Positions 24,092 to 35,412 of a DNA stretch of 64,000 nt are shown here, piece after piece (position 1 is the stretch's first letter; each line of letters starts with the position of its first letter). This DNA is from Deinococcota bacterium (lineage in GTDB: Bacteria > Deinococcota > Deinococci > Deinococcales > Thermaceae), in contig JBGFRI010000004.1 in assembly GCA_041695225.1 (NCBI GenBank), forward strand, positions 1 to 64,000, written 5' to 3'. The position numbers and the translations under genes are program-made. Below the pieces are notes generated by a model, which saw only the letters and a program-made list of their open reading frames with translations, was not told the DNA's origin and ran no database searches.

Positions 24092-25267
24092 TCAGGGTAG
24101 CAGCTTGTGCAGACTTTCGACCATATCGGTTTTCTCCCAGGGAAAGCCCTCCCGCCCAAAGTGGCCGTAGGCCGAGGTGGGGGTGTAGATGGGCCGCTGG
24201 AGATCCAGGTTTTCGATAATGGCCCGGGGACGCGCATCGAAAATCTTCTGGACTGCTTGGGTAAGCTTTTCGTCGGAAATCTGGCCGGTTCCAAAGGTCT
24301 CGACCCACATCCCCACCGGACGGGCCTTGCCGATGGCATAGGCCAGCTCAACCAGCGCACGCCGGGCCAGACCCGCCGCCACGATGTTCTTGGCTATATA
24401 GCGTGCAAAGTAGGCTGCCGAGCGGTCAACCTTGGTGGGGTCTTTGCCGCTAAATGCCCCGCCACCGTGGGGAACCGCCCCGCCATAGGTGTCTACCATA
24501 ACCTTGCGCCCGGTCAGGCCGGTGTCGCCGTGCGGCCCACCAATCACAAACTTGCCCGATGGGTTGACCAGGTACAGGGTCTGCTGCTTTAGGTACTGCT
24601 CGGGAATTGCCCGTTGAATGACCTTGGTGCGGATATCGTGGTATATCTGGTCGGCTTCCACCTCTTCGGAGTGTTGGGCAGAAATAAGGGCTGTGCCGAC
24701 ATATAGCGGCTTCTGCTGCTCGTATACCACCGTTACCTGGGCTTTGCCATCGGGCCGCAGGTAGGGGATCTCGCCGGTTTTGCGGGCTTCGGCCAGGCGT
24801 CGCGTGAGTCGGTGGGCCAGCGAGATAGGCAGGGGCATCAGCTCGGGGGTCTCGTCGGTGGCGTAGCCAAACATCAGGCCCTGGTCGCCGGCCCCAACCT
24901 GATCAAACGGCTCGCGTGAGCCCAGCACGCGGGCTTCGTAGGCCAGGTTAACCCCCGCTGCGATATCGGGAGACTGCTCGTCTATAGCGGTGAGCACCGC
25001 ACAGGTATCGCCGTCGAAACCGTATTTGGCCCGGGTATAGCCCACCTCGAGTACGGCCTGGCGCACCAGCCGGGGAATGTCTACATAACTCTCGGTGGTA
25101 ATCTCTCCCGCGACCATCACCAGGCCGGTGGTCACCAGGGTCTCGCAGGCGACTCTGGCTTTGGCATCCCTGGCCAGAATTGCATCCAGCACGGCATCAG
25201 AAATGCGGTCTGCCAGTTTGTCGGGGTGCCCTTCCGTCACCGATTCCGAAGTTACCAGTCGTTGCAA
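24092..25267 (-). CDS. metK: S-adenosylmethionine synthetase
   Basis: [38 protein letters not shown]. Confidence 0.99.
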   Translation of the reverse strand: MQRLVTSESVTEGHPDKLADRISDAVLDAILARDAKARVACETLVTTGLVMVAGEITTESYVDIPRLVRQAVLEVGYTRAKYGFDGDTCAVLTAIDEQSPDIAAGVNLAYEARVLGSREPFDQVGAGDQGLMFGYATDETPELMPLPISLAHRLTRRLAEARKTGEIPYLRPDGKAQVTVVYEQQKPLYVGTALISAQHSEEVEADQIYHDIRTKVIQRAIPEQYLKQQTLYLVNPSGKFVIGGPHGDTGLTGRKVMVDTYGGAVPHGGGAFSGKDPTKVDRSAAYFARYIAKNIVAAGLARRALVELAYAIGKARPVGMWVETFGTGQISDEKLTQAVQKIFDARPRAIIENLDLQRPIYTPTSAYGHFGREGFPWEKTDMVESLHKLLP

Positions 25268-26132
25268 CTTTACCCTCCTGTACCCCGCAGCAAAGCTGCG
25301 TCAGCCGCCAAAGTATAGCATCTTGGCAGGCAGGGGGCCGCAAGAGGGCAAGGGAAAAGAGGAAAGCCGGTCGTTTTCTCCTTGCCTTCACCTCCACCAA
25401 GCCTGATAGCATTTCCAGCTTGACCACCCTACCACGACACACCCTCGAGGCCGGCGTCATAAATACTGCGACGAATAATATCTGCTTGGGCTGTTTGGTT
25501 ACACCTCGTTCCGCTCAACAATACACCTCAATCTGTCATTCTGAGCCGCCCTCATTGCGGCGAAGAATCTCCATAACTGAGCTAAAGCACATCGGTGTGG
25601 AAGAAGTGACCACTTTGTTCTGTGTCAGACGGTATTTCTAGGATAAAGTTGCTCTTATGGGCAAAGAACCAATCAAAAACGTTGTCCACATGACCCAAGA
25701 CATAGGGTTCGCAAGGCTGGGTTTACCTGTATAGGTCGTCAGAGGTTTGAATGCCCGAGTTGCTATGTCAGTTTGGATTGGTGAACTTATCTTAGAAACC
25801 ACAGGTGATTTTCCACACCAGTTTGCTTTAACTCCCAAAAAACACCTCCGCCTTGATCCGGGCGCTTATGACCAGACGAATCTTGTGACAGAACAAGGCC
25901 GCGCTGTCCTTGTCCACGCCTATCAGGCTGGCGGCGGTTCTGGCCCAGGCTACCGGCAGAGCCGGTATGCGCTACGCGCACACCCTGGTGGTCTCGGCCA
26001 CGAAGTACTCCACCAATCCAAAGGCCTTTCCCTTCGACAGGCTCAGGGCAGGCCTCGTACTTGGCCTCGTCTTCCTGTACGGCGTATTGCGGTCTCCAGA
26101 TTACTCTTATCTGGGACAGGCCCAATTTTTAT

Positions 26133-29100
26133 CTACTCGGTACTGACCTCTTGCACCACCTGCTGGCTTATGGGCAAGACCATGCGGAAGTGGTTAGCGG
26201 GGTCGGCCAGGAGTTTTGTCAAGCGTTCGGCTTTGTCCTCCCGCTCGGAAGCCTTCAGCGCATTGAGGTAGGCGGTCATCAGCTCGCGCACATCGGCCAC
26301 CCCTCGCTCATCGAGTTTCTGAATGGCTACTTTGGCCCCCTTAGCCAGACGCCGCTGCATGGCTTCTGTCTTCAGGCCCATCTCGGGCCAGTAGCGCAGG
26401 TAGACCCGCCCACCGGTCATGCCCGAGCAGATCCAGGGGCCAGGATCGCCCAAAACCACTGCCCTTCCACGGGTCATATACTCGAAAGCAAAACCCTTGG
26501 CCTGAGCGCGTGCGGCAATATTGCCCAGCTCATCCTGCACGGGCCGGTCGGGCTCGCCAGCCAGGACTACGTCGGCGCCAGAAAGCCGGATGCAAAAGCG
26601 GCTGTCGGCCTGTCCTTCTACAATCAGCAAGCCCCCGATGGCCCCATAGGCAAATGACTTTCCCACCGAGCCATCCACATACTGCCCGAACGGGTTGCGG
26701 CCCTTCAAAATTGCCACCCTACCGCCAAAGGCATTCTTGGCAATGCCGTCCTGGGCGCCCCCTTCCACCACAATATTCAGACCCTCAACGTTGAAGGCGG
26801 CGATACCGTTGCCGGCTACGCTGCCGGCGTCGAAGCGAAGCTCCACGCTGGCATCCCAGCCCTTACCATACAGGCGGCGGCGGGCAATCTCTCCTGCCAG
26901 GTGGGTGCCTAGAGCGCGGTCGGTAGAGCCCACCGGCCCTTCTTGGAACAAAAGATCGCGCCCTCCGTCGGTGTAGGCCGTGGTAATCACCTCGCTAATA
27001 GCCCGGGTGAGCTGGTTTAAGGGTTTGCGCAACACGTGGGCTGCGCGCTCACCCAGCCACTCGGGCGCTGCCACCGGCTCGAAAAAATAGCTAAGGTCTA
27101 CTTCCTCGGTATGCCCTTCCTGGTTCAGCAGGTCGCTGCGCCCTACCAGGTCGCGCAGACTCCTCTCGCCCAGAGCGGCAACCAGCCGACGCAGTTCGCT
27201 GCCTTTAGCGGTAAAGAAGTGTACTAGCTGTTCTACCGCTTTTTCTGGCTCCTGCGGCACAAAACGCTTCAGGCCATGAGCCTGGGCCTGTTCTAGTGTC
27301 TCGATCTGGGTCGCAATGCCCACATGGCAGGTATCCATCTGGCACTGGCGGCAGATGGTGCAGCCAATCGCCACCATGGCCATGGTAGCCATGCCCACCC
27401 GGTCGGCTCCGAGCAGTACCATGCGCAGGGTGTCGTAGGAGGTCTTTAGTCCGCCATCGGCCCAGAGCTCTACCTTGTCACGCAAACCAGCCCGCACCAG
27501 GGCCCGGTGGGCCCGGCGCACCCCAATCTCTACCGGCAGGCCAGCGTATTTGAGGGCATGCCAGCGGGCCGCCCCTGTGCCCCCCTCGAAGCCCGAGAGC
27601 ACGATCACATCGGCCCCAGCTTTGGCAATGCCCACGGCTATGGTGCCGATTCCAGGAATCACCGGCACCTTGACCGAGACTTTGGCCCGGGGATTGACGG
27701 TCTTTAGCTCCTCGATTAGCTGGGCCAGGTCTTCGATGGAGTAGAGGTCGTGGTTGTTAGAGGGCGAGATCAGGTCTACCCCTGGCACGGCATTGCGGGC
27801 CGCCGCCACTTTTTCTGTAACCTTTTTGCCGGGCAGGTGGCCGCCCTCACCAGGCTTGGCGCCCTGACCAATTTTGATCTCGATGAAGGCAGCCGAGTTG
27901 AGCATGTAGGCGTGGGCCCCAAACCGGCCCGAGGCTACCTGCTGGCCGCGCCAGTGGGTATACTTACCCAACATATCCGGTATTTCGCCGCCTTCGCCAT
28001 TGATGCAAACCAGATTGAGTATTTTGGCGGCATCGAGATAGGCGCGGAAGCTGGTCTCGCCCTGCGAACCAAAGCTCATGGCCGAGATCACAAAAGGCAG
28101 GGAGTGCCCCCCCACACTCAGGTCTACCTCGTCGGGGGTAATTTCGGATCTGCTGGAAAACCTGATACCCAGCAGCTGCCGGGCCGCCACTGGCGACTCC
28201 CTCTCCAGGCTGCGTACCTTTTCCTGGAAGTGCTCGTAGGGCGAAAGGCTCGAGGCCACCTCGATCGCGGCCTTGTAAATGCGGGGGTTGAAGCGGAAGT
28301 CTCTGGCAGGCAGCACTTTTTCGGCGTTGAGCAGGCTCAGGCGCTCGAGCAGAGTGCGCTCGAGCTCCAGCAGGCCATAGCCAGCCCTGGGCGAACCCAA
28401 AAAATTGCGGATGCCAAACTGCTCGGCCAGCTCGGGCTTGAGGCCGATGGCGCTGAAGATGCGTCCGTAGCCGCGCGCCTCGTGGATACCCATGGTAGAG
28501 ATAACCTTCTCCAGGCCTTTTCTGAGGCCCTCGAGCAAATTTTGCAGCCCCAGGGTGCCCTTGCTGGTCTGAGCCTTGTGCTGCATCAGCCAGGGGGCCA
28601 CCGCATCGGCCCCGAGGCCCAGGCAGACCGCCAGATCGTGCAGGTTCCGCACCCCGCCGGAGTGGACCAGTAGCGAGGTACGGCGGCGCAACGAGACCCC
28701 TTCGTCGTCGCGGGCCAGCTCCAGTGCATTGCCCACGGCCGCCAGGGCCAGGTAGACATCCAGCCAGACGCCTCCCTCGAATGCGCCCCGGTCCGACAGC
28801 ACCAGCAGCTCTGCCCCATTGCGCGCCGCTTCTACCGCCGATTCTTGCAGGCGTCTGAGCCCAGCGGCGATTCCTTCCTCCACCGAAAACTGCACTGGCA
28901 GCACCACATGCTCAAACCTGCGTAGGGCGTCTTCGTAGGTCAGGGTGGCCTGGCCCTGGGCAATGGCCCGCGCCGAGGAGGCCGTCTCTTCGAGCAAGAC
29001 CGGCACCAGCAGCTCTTCCACATGGCCGGCCCCGCGCCCATCGGGCAGGGGCCTGCGGCCCAGGATGCTGCGGGTGGAAAAGTGCTCTATCTCGCGCTCT

Positions 29101-30629
29101 CGGTCAATGGCCGGGTTGGTCACCACCGCCACGGTCTCTTTGAAGAACTCCGAAAGGTTGGGCTTCTCGGGGTTGAGGGCAGCAATGGGGCCATCGTAGC
29201 CCAGCGAGCCAATGGGCTCGTTACCGCTTTCCACCAGGGCCTCCAGGTAGCCCGCGTCCCAGCGGTCCCAGCCATAGGCCCGCTCGAGGCCCAGCGAGGG
29301 TGGGGCGGGCCGGTCTTCAACCTGGGCCTCGCCAGCCCCAGTTACCGGCGCCGCACTGGTGTAGCGTGGCCCGGCAATGTGTGCGGCATGGCCCTCGAGG
29401 TTGTGGGTTTTGGTCAGTATGCGTTCCAGCACCTGCCGCTGGTGGCGGTCGTAGGTAAAGAGCCTGGCGCCTTCCGGGGTCAGGCGCAGGTAGACCTTCT
29501 CGCCAGGAGCAAAGGGGCGTGGCTCGGCCACAAACTCTTCCACCGTAAAAACCCCTCGCTCTGAACTGAAAACGTATTCGGAATCGGTCTCGACAAACCA
29601 AAGCGGCCGCAAACCCATCGCATCGGTGCCAAATACGGCCTCTTCACGGTGGCGGGTTACCAGGGCGGCCGGGCCCTGGGCCAGGGGGCCGAAGCGCTGG
29701 CGCAGGCTCATATACAGGTCTTGCAGGGCCGGCGAGTAGTTCTTAATCTCGCCCAGAATGGGGGGAAATACCATATCCATGGCCTCGGGCAGGGAAAGAC
29801 CAGAGCGGTATAGCAGCCCCTCTAAAATGCGGTTGAGGTCCTGCGAGTCAGAGCCGCCGGTGAGCGGAATATTCAGGAACCGCCCTTCGCGCCTCAGTCG
29901 CTCGATGGTGTTAATCTCGCCGTTGTGGCCCAAGAGACCAAAGGGCTGCACCGCCTCGAAAGTAGACATGGTGTTGGTGGAGTAGCGGTTGTGGCCCAGG
30001 CAGATGGTGGACTTGTACTCGGGCCTAAAGAGTTCGGGAAAGTACCGCTTGAGAATTTCTGCCGAGCCCCTCACCTTGTAGACCACGGTGGCGGTCGAAA
30101 GCGAGACCACATGTACGGGAAAGCGCTGCTCTACCAGCAGTGCCAGCTCCCACAGCGGCCCATCGCCATCGGTCGAGAGCCCTGCAACCTGGTAGAACAG
30201 TGGCTCGGTGCGCTTGCCCACCGGCCCCAGCACGCTGCTGTTGGTCTCACCCTGGCGCTCTAGCAGCAGCTTGATTCCCCGCCTCGAGCCTTCCACCCGC
30301 AACAGGTCAAACAACTCCTGTACCCGGGTACCCTGGTTTTTGGGAATGAACAGATGCCCGACAAAAAAGCGTGAATTCTGAGCCAGATTGCTATCCAGTC
30401 CGGCCGCGTACAAATAACCAGCCCAGAGCTCGCGCGGTAGGTCGGTCTGGATACCGGTGCCGTCGCCTTCTCCCCTGATCAGACCGGCACGGTGGGCCAT
30501 CTTGTAGAGGCTTTCGATGGTGCGCTGCACATTGGCATGGCTCGGGCGTGCGCTCTTTTCGGCGATGGCGATAATTCCACACGCATCGCGTCCATTTGGT
30601 ATACCAGGATAGGCCTCACTAAACTTCAT
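26133..30629 (-). CDS. gltB: glutamate synthase large subunit
   Basis: DACGI (Ntn Cys), HNRYSTNT, HNGEINT, AMSFGS, IKIGQGAKPGEGGHLPG, CTICRQCQMDTCHVG cluster motif, FEYMTRG. Confidence 0.96.
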   Translation of the reverse strand: MKFSEAYPGIPNGRDACGIIAIAEKSARPSHANVQRTIESLYKMAHRAGLIRGEGDGTGIQTDLPRELWAGYLYAAGLDSNLAQNSRFFVGHLFIPKNQGTRVQELFDLLRVEGSRRGIKLLLERQGETNSSVLGPVGKRTEPLFYQVAGLSTDGDGPLWELALLVEQRFPVHVVSLSTATVVYKVRGSAEILKRYFPELFRPEYKSTICLGHNRYSTNTMSTFEAVQPFGLLGHNGEINTIERLRREGRFLNIPLTGGSDSQDLNRILEGLLYRSGLSLPEAMDMVFPPILGEIKNYSPALQDLYMSLRQRFGPLAQGPAALVTRHREEAVFGTDAMGLRPLWFVETDSEYVFSSERGVFTVEEFVAEPRPFAPGEKVYLRLTPEGARLFTYDRHQRQVLERILTKTHNLEGHAAHIAGPRYTSAAPVTGAGEAQVEDRPAPPSLGLERAYGWDRWDAGYLEALVESGNEPIGSLGYDGPIAALNPEKPNLSEFFKETVAVVTNPAIDREREIEHFSTRSILGRRPLPDGRGAGHVEELLVPVLLEETASSARAIAQGQATLTYEDALRRFEHVVLPVQFSVEEGIAAGLRRLQESAVEAARNGAELLVLSDRGAFEGGVWLDVYLALAAVGNALELARDDEGVSLRRRTSLLVHSGGVRNLHDLAVCLGLGADAVAPWLMQHKAQTSKGTLGLQNLLEGLRKGLEKVISTMGIHEARGYGRIFSAIGLKPELAEQFGIRNFLGSPRAGYGLLELERTLLERLSLLNAEKVLPARDFRFNPRIYKAAIEVASSLSPYEHFQEKVRSLERESPVAARQLLGIRFSSRSEITPDEVDLSVGGHSLPFVISAMSFGSQGETSFRAYLDAAKILNLVCINGEGGEIPDMLGKYTHWRGQQVASGRFGAHAYMLNSAAFIEIKIGQGAKPGEGGHLPGKKVTEKVAAARNAVPGVDLISPSNNHDLYSIEDLAQLIEELKTVNPRAKVSVKVPVIPGIGTIAVGIAKAGADVIVLSGFEGGTGAARWHALKYAGLPVEIGVRRAHRALVRAGLRDKVELWADGGLKTSYDTLRMVLLGADRVGMATMAMVAIGCTICRQCQMDTCHVGIATQIETLEQAQAHGLKRFVPQEPEKAVEQLVHFFTAKGSELRRLVAALGERSLRDLVGRSDLLNQEGHTEEVDLSYFFEPVAAPEWLGERAAHVLRKPLNQLTRAISEVITTAYTDGGRDLLFQEGPVGSTDRALGTHLAGEIARRRLYGKGWDASVELRFDAGSVAGNGIAAFNVEGLNIVVEGGAQDGIAKNAFGGRVAILKGRNPFGQYVDGSVGKSFAYGAIGGLLIVEGQADSRFCIRLSGADVVLAGEPDRPVQDELGNIAARAQAKGFAFEYMTRGRAVVLGDPGPWICSGMTGGRVYLRYWPEMGLKTEAMQRRLAKGAKVAIQKLDERGVADVRELMTAYLNALKASEREDKAERLTKLLADPANHFRMVLPISQQVVQEVSTE

Positions 30630-30852
30630 CTACACGCCTCCGGAACTTGCTGAGCCCGTTGTGTGGGGAAACCCTCGCATAAGTTTGCGAAGATTTGAAG
30701 CAGTATACAAATCACCCTGGCCTGCGTCAATATAAGCATACTGGTGTAGAAATCGTGCCACTTCCAGTGCAGGACAAAAATACCCCGTTTGCATCCTGGG
30801 TTATTTTGGTCCTATCATCCGGTCCACAAAAACCCTACAATAACGCATTTTC

Positions 30853-30882
30853 TTGACATGGTTTCGCTGTTGCTCCTACAAT
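30853..30882 (+). promoter_or_regulatory. sigma70 promoter of spoVS
   Basis: TTGACA-18 nt-TACAAT, then AGGAGG RBS. Confidence 0.75.
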
Positions 30883-30913
30883 GCGGTAGGGACCGTTACG
30901 CCTAGGAGGTTTT

Positions 30914-31186
30914 GTGGAAACGCTGCGTGTATCCGGCAAGTCACGTCCCAATTCCGTCGCGGGTTCAATCGCTGCGCTGTTGCGCTCCCAGAGCGAGGTC
31001 GAGGTACAGGCCATCGGCCCCGATGCGGTCAATCAGGCCGTAAAGGCCATCGCCATTGCCAGGGGATACATCGCCCCCGACAACCTGGATTTAACCGTGA
31101 AGCCGGCCTTCGTAAAGCTCGAGCTCGATAGCGAAGAACGCACCGCAGTCCGCTTTACCGTGCGCAGCCAGCCCTTAAAACCCTGA
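30914..31186 (+). CDS. spoVS: SpoVS family protein
   Basis: LRVSGKSRPNSVAGSIA, QAIGPDAVNQAVKAIAIARG. Confidence 0.95.
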   Translation: METLRVSGKSRPNSVAGSIAALLRSQSEVEVQAIGPDAVNQAVKAIAIARGYIAPDNLDLTVKPAFVKLELDSEERTAVRFTVRSQPLKP

Positions 31187-31206
31187 TCTGCCGCAGTTCC
31201 ACTTCG

Positions 31207-31345
31207 CAGGTCTGAGGTCTAAGGTAGAAGGTCTAAGGTCTGCGACGGTCTCGCGCTTTGGCCCTCGACCTTTGTCTTCAAGACCTTTCGACCATGCGCG
31301 CTAGCGCATCTGCGCAGGCCTCGCGTTCTGGCCTTCGACCTTTCT
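31207..31345. repeat. heptamer array with conserved core (third copy)
   Basis: GGTCTAA units, GGTCTGCGACGGTCTCGCGCTTTGGC core, ATGCGCGCTAGCGCAT palindrome. Confidence 0.7.
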
Positions 31346-31547
31346 GCCCAGCCACATTCTGGCGAACGGCAAGGTGTGTAATAGCCAAGCCAGGCTCTCT
31401 GTCTTCCTGTCATGCAATATGTAGAGGTTTTTCCAGACTCTGGGGTTCTGCTGCAATCGTGACCTTTTGCACTCAGTACAGCCAGGTAATCCATCCCTCA
31501 GAGCCCTCATCTGGGGTCTGCTACCTTATACGCTGTAGGAGGGACGA

Positions 31548-32228
31548 ATGACGATAACCTTAACTTTCGTACTAATGATTGTGGTTTTTGTGGCAACGCT
31601 GTTCATACAGTTCTGGCTTCAGCGCACCTATGCCCGCTATAGCCGGGTGGCCAATAGCCGAGGGGTGACGGGGCAGCAGGTCGCCCGCTCAATCCTGGAT
31701 GCCTATGGCCTGCACCAGGTGCGCGTAGAGATAGTACCGGGTGTGCTTAGCGACCATTACGACCCCATTGCCAAGGCCGTGCGGTTGTCGGAACCCAATT
31801 TTCACTCCCCTTCCGCGGCCGCGCTGGCAGTAGCGGCTCACGAGGTAGGGCACGCCATCCAGGATGCCAAGAGCTATGCCTGGCTGCGGGTGCGGCACAG
31901 CATCCTGCCGGTAGCCAATATTGGCAGCATGTTTGGCCCCTGGATCTTCATCGCCGGGATGTTCATGGGCGCCACCGGCCTGATGAGCGTCGGTATCTGG
32001 TTGTTCGCGGCTGCGGCAGTTTTCCAGTTGATCACGCTGCCAGTGGAGTTTGACGCCTCCAACCGTGCTTTGAACATTCTCAAGAAGATGAATTTTCTCG
32101 ACAAGGCCGAGATGGGCGGCGCCCGTACGGTGCTAACCGCTGCTGCCCTGACCTACGTTGCGGCACTGGCCAACTCGCTGGCCACCATTCTGCACTACGT
32201 GGCCATCATGATGGCCAATCGCGAGTAA
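31548..32228 (+). CDS. membrane zinc metallopeptidase (YugP-like)
   Basis: LSDHYDP, AAHEVGHAIQ (HExxH), LPVEFDASNRA, AAALTYVA. Confidence 0.93.
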   Translation: MTITLTFVLMIVVFVATLFIQFWLQRTYARYSRVANSRGVTGQQVARSILDAYGLHQVRVEIVPGVLSDHYDPIAKAVRLSEPNFHSPSAAALAVAAHEVGHAIQDAKSYAWLRVRHSILPVANIGSMFGPWIFIAGMFMGATGLMSVGIWLFAAAAVFQLITLPVEFDASNRALNILKKMNFLDKAEMGGARTVLTAAALTYVAALANSLATILHYVAIMMANRE

Positions 32229-32246
32229 GCCAGATTCTGACCTGGA

Positions 32247-32841
32247 TTAGCCCCGCTTACTGCGGGGCTTTTGTCTGGGCCAGTCCCGTTCCAAAAGCGC
32301 ATAAAGGGTCATATCCAGCAGCCAGTCCCGAAGCCAGACCTCCCGGCGCAGTACACCTTCCATGGTAAACACCAGACGCTCGGGAATCGCGCAGCTTTTG
32401 AGATTTCTGGCGCCTGCTCGAATCTCCAACCGATTCTGGCCGATCTCAAAAAATGCATAATTTATCAGGGCCTCTACCCCACGGGTTATCAGCCCTTTCC
32501 CCAGGAATGTCGCACCCAGCCAGTAGCCAGTCTCGGCGCTAAACCCCTCAACCCCCCAGCCCGATGCAAGCAACCTCCGCTCCGCTCCGCCTTCTCCTGC
32601 AAGGGGAGAAGGGGGTGGCTGATGGCGAGAACACCCCACGGTGTGAGGGCTTGATGCCAAACAAACTCAGGGTTCCGACCAGTTTTTTCCGATACCAGAC
32701 CGGCAGGGGCAGTTGTCGACCTAAAGCCGGTTCTTCCAGGGTGCTCTGAACAAACGCCTCTGTGCCGCGCACCCAGGCTAGCCAGCGGTGTAGATCATTG
32801 CGGCTGGCGTCAATCGGGGCAAACAATAGACTGGATAGCAA
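32247..32841 (-). pseudogene. RimJ/RimL-type GNAT acetyltransferase, interrupted by a repeat and degenerate
   Basis: N-part (IDASRNDLHRWLAWV..LVGTLSL) and C-part (AETGYWLG..GKGLITR..NLKSCAIPERL.FTMEGVLR) lie in different frames, separated by a GC-hairpin repeat at ~32540-32637. Confidence 0.8.
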
Positions 32842-32867
32842 CGTGGCCGAAGACGGGGGTGATTAAT

Positions 32868-33060
32868 ACCCGCCCCGCAAGGGGGGAGGGAGACTTGCGA
32901 CCTGAGACAAACTTCTGACCTGAGACCTGAGAGTCCCTGTCCTCCCGCAAGCAGTTCCTCCCCCTCGACGGGGGAGGTTAGGTGGGGGTGTGAGCCAAAG
33001 GCGAAACCATGAGACAGGAAGGGAGAAACTCGGCTGTCGCCGCGACCCCCCTCCCTGCCC
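32868..33060 (+). repeat. ~120-bp GC-hairpin dispersed element with linker
   Basis: CCTCCCCCTCGACGGGGGAGGTTAGGTGGGGGTGTGAGCC..AAACTCGGCTGTCGCCGCGACCCCCCTCCCTGCCC; other copies near 39031, 39234, 59745 and 63527. Confidence 0.88.
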
Positions 33061-33155
33061 TGGCACGGTGAGGTTGCAGTAGAAGCGACTCTGTGTGGCT
33101 ATCGAGCTGGTGAAACACCATTCAGGCCTCTCCTGCTTTGTTCTGGTACTGCCAC

Positions 33156-34601
<1,446 letters not shown>

Positions 34602-34768
34602 GGGGGTGCTCCTGTCTGGGGTAGTGGTCGGGGGTGGGCCCGGGGCAGCTAGGCGAAAGGTGATGGGCTAAGAAAAAAGCCGGGACGGAGGCCCCAGGCG
34701 CACCATTACCCCGGCAGAAAGGCAGGCTTAACATCGGATAGCAGAAGCCACAGACCAAGTATAGCACT

Positions 34769-35206
34769 CTAGGCCGCTGCGCAGCGCTGCTTGAGACCAC
34801 GCAGCAGGTCGTCGATGTTTTCCTGCATCAGCTTCTTGACCAGTTTTTGCAGCAGTCCGCCGAAGATGGGGATATTCAGTTCGTACTCCAGCCTGAGAAT
34901 GGCCCGGGTTCCCTCTCCTTCGGGCAGGAAGGTCCAGGAACCCCGGTACACCTCAAAATCGCCCTCTTTGCTATCGAACTCGTTGCGAAACTCGGCGTCG
35001 AACCACCGCTCGTCTTCTATCCAGTGGACCTTTTTGCCCATCGCCACCGCGACAAACCGGGTACGCGAGGTGGTTCCATGGTCTTCGAGCACCTCGAGGG
35101 TTTCGACGTCCTTAAGGTATGGCTTAAGGCCAGCCAGATCCCGCGCAGCAGCGTAGACCTCCTGGGGAGGCCGGGGAATGAAGAGCTCAGAGATGACTTC
35201 AGGCAT
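34769..35206 (-). CDS. SRPBCC (polyketide cyclase/START-like) family protein
   Basis: Size and pattern (PPQEVY.., GDF..YRGSWTF, C-terminal helix); TAGACT 6 nt upstream of the ATG. Confidence 0.85.
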   Translation of the reverse strand: MPEVISELFIPRPPQEVYAAARDLAGLKPYLKDVETLEVLEDHGTTSRTRFVAVAMGKKVHWIEDERWFDAEFRNEFDSKEGDFEVYRGSWTFLPEGEGTRAILRLEYELNIPIFGGLLQKLVKKLMQENIDDLLRGLKQRCAAA

Positions 35207-35412
35207 ACCGCCAGTCTACAGGAGAACCTGCCCCGGCCCACCTGCCTGTGGGTGAGCACGATTGCAGCTTTCCTCGTACTGACCCCCAGCCTGCCTCAAC
35301 CACGCTGCTTTGGCGCTGTCAGCTTTGGCTTGGTCATATCGTTCGCGGGCATCACTTAGTATTGAACCATAGAATGGGTGACGAAGTGACCGAGCATGGG
35401 GGTGATTAATTC

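Noticed and set aside
25268..25450. SAM riboswitch upstream of metK
   Set aside because: No SAM-I core (AUC..AGA, GCAACC, GUGC) recognisable, and a TATACT box close to the start implies a short leader.
25638..26146. Small ORFs between metK and gltB, possibly an IS200-like remnant
   Set aside because: Only a vague ATKY resemblance, interrupted by a REP; not enough to call.
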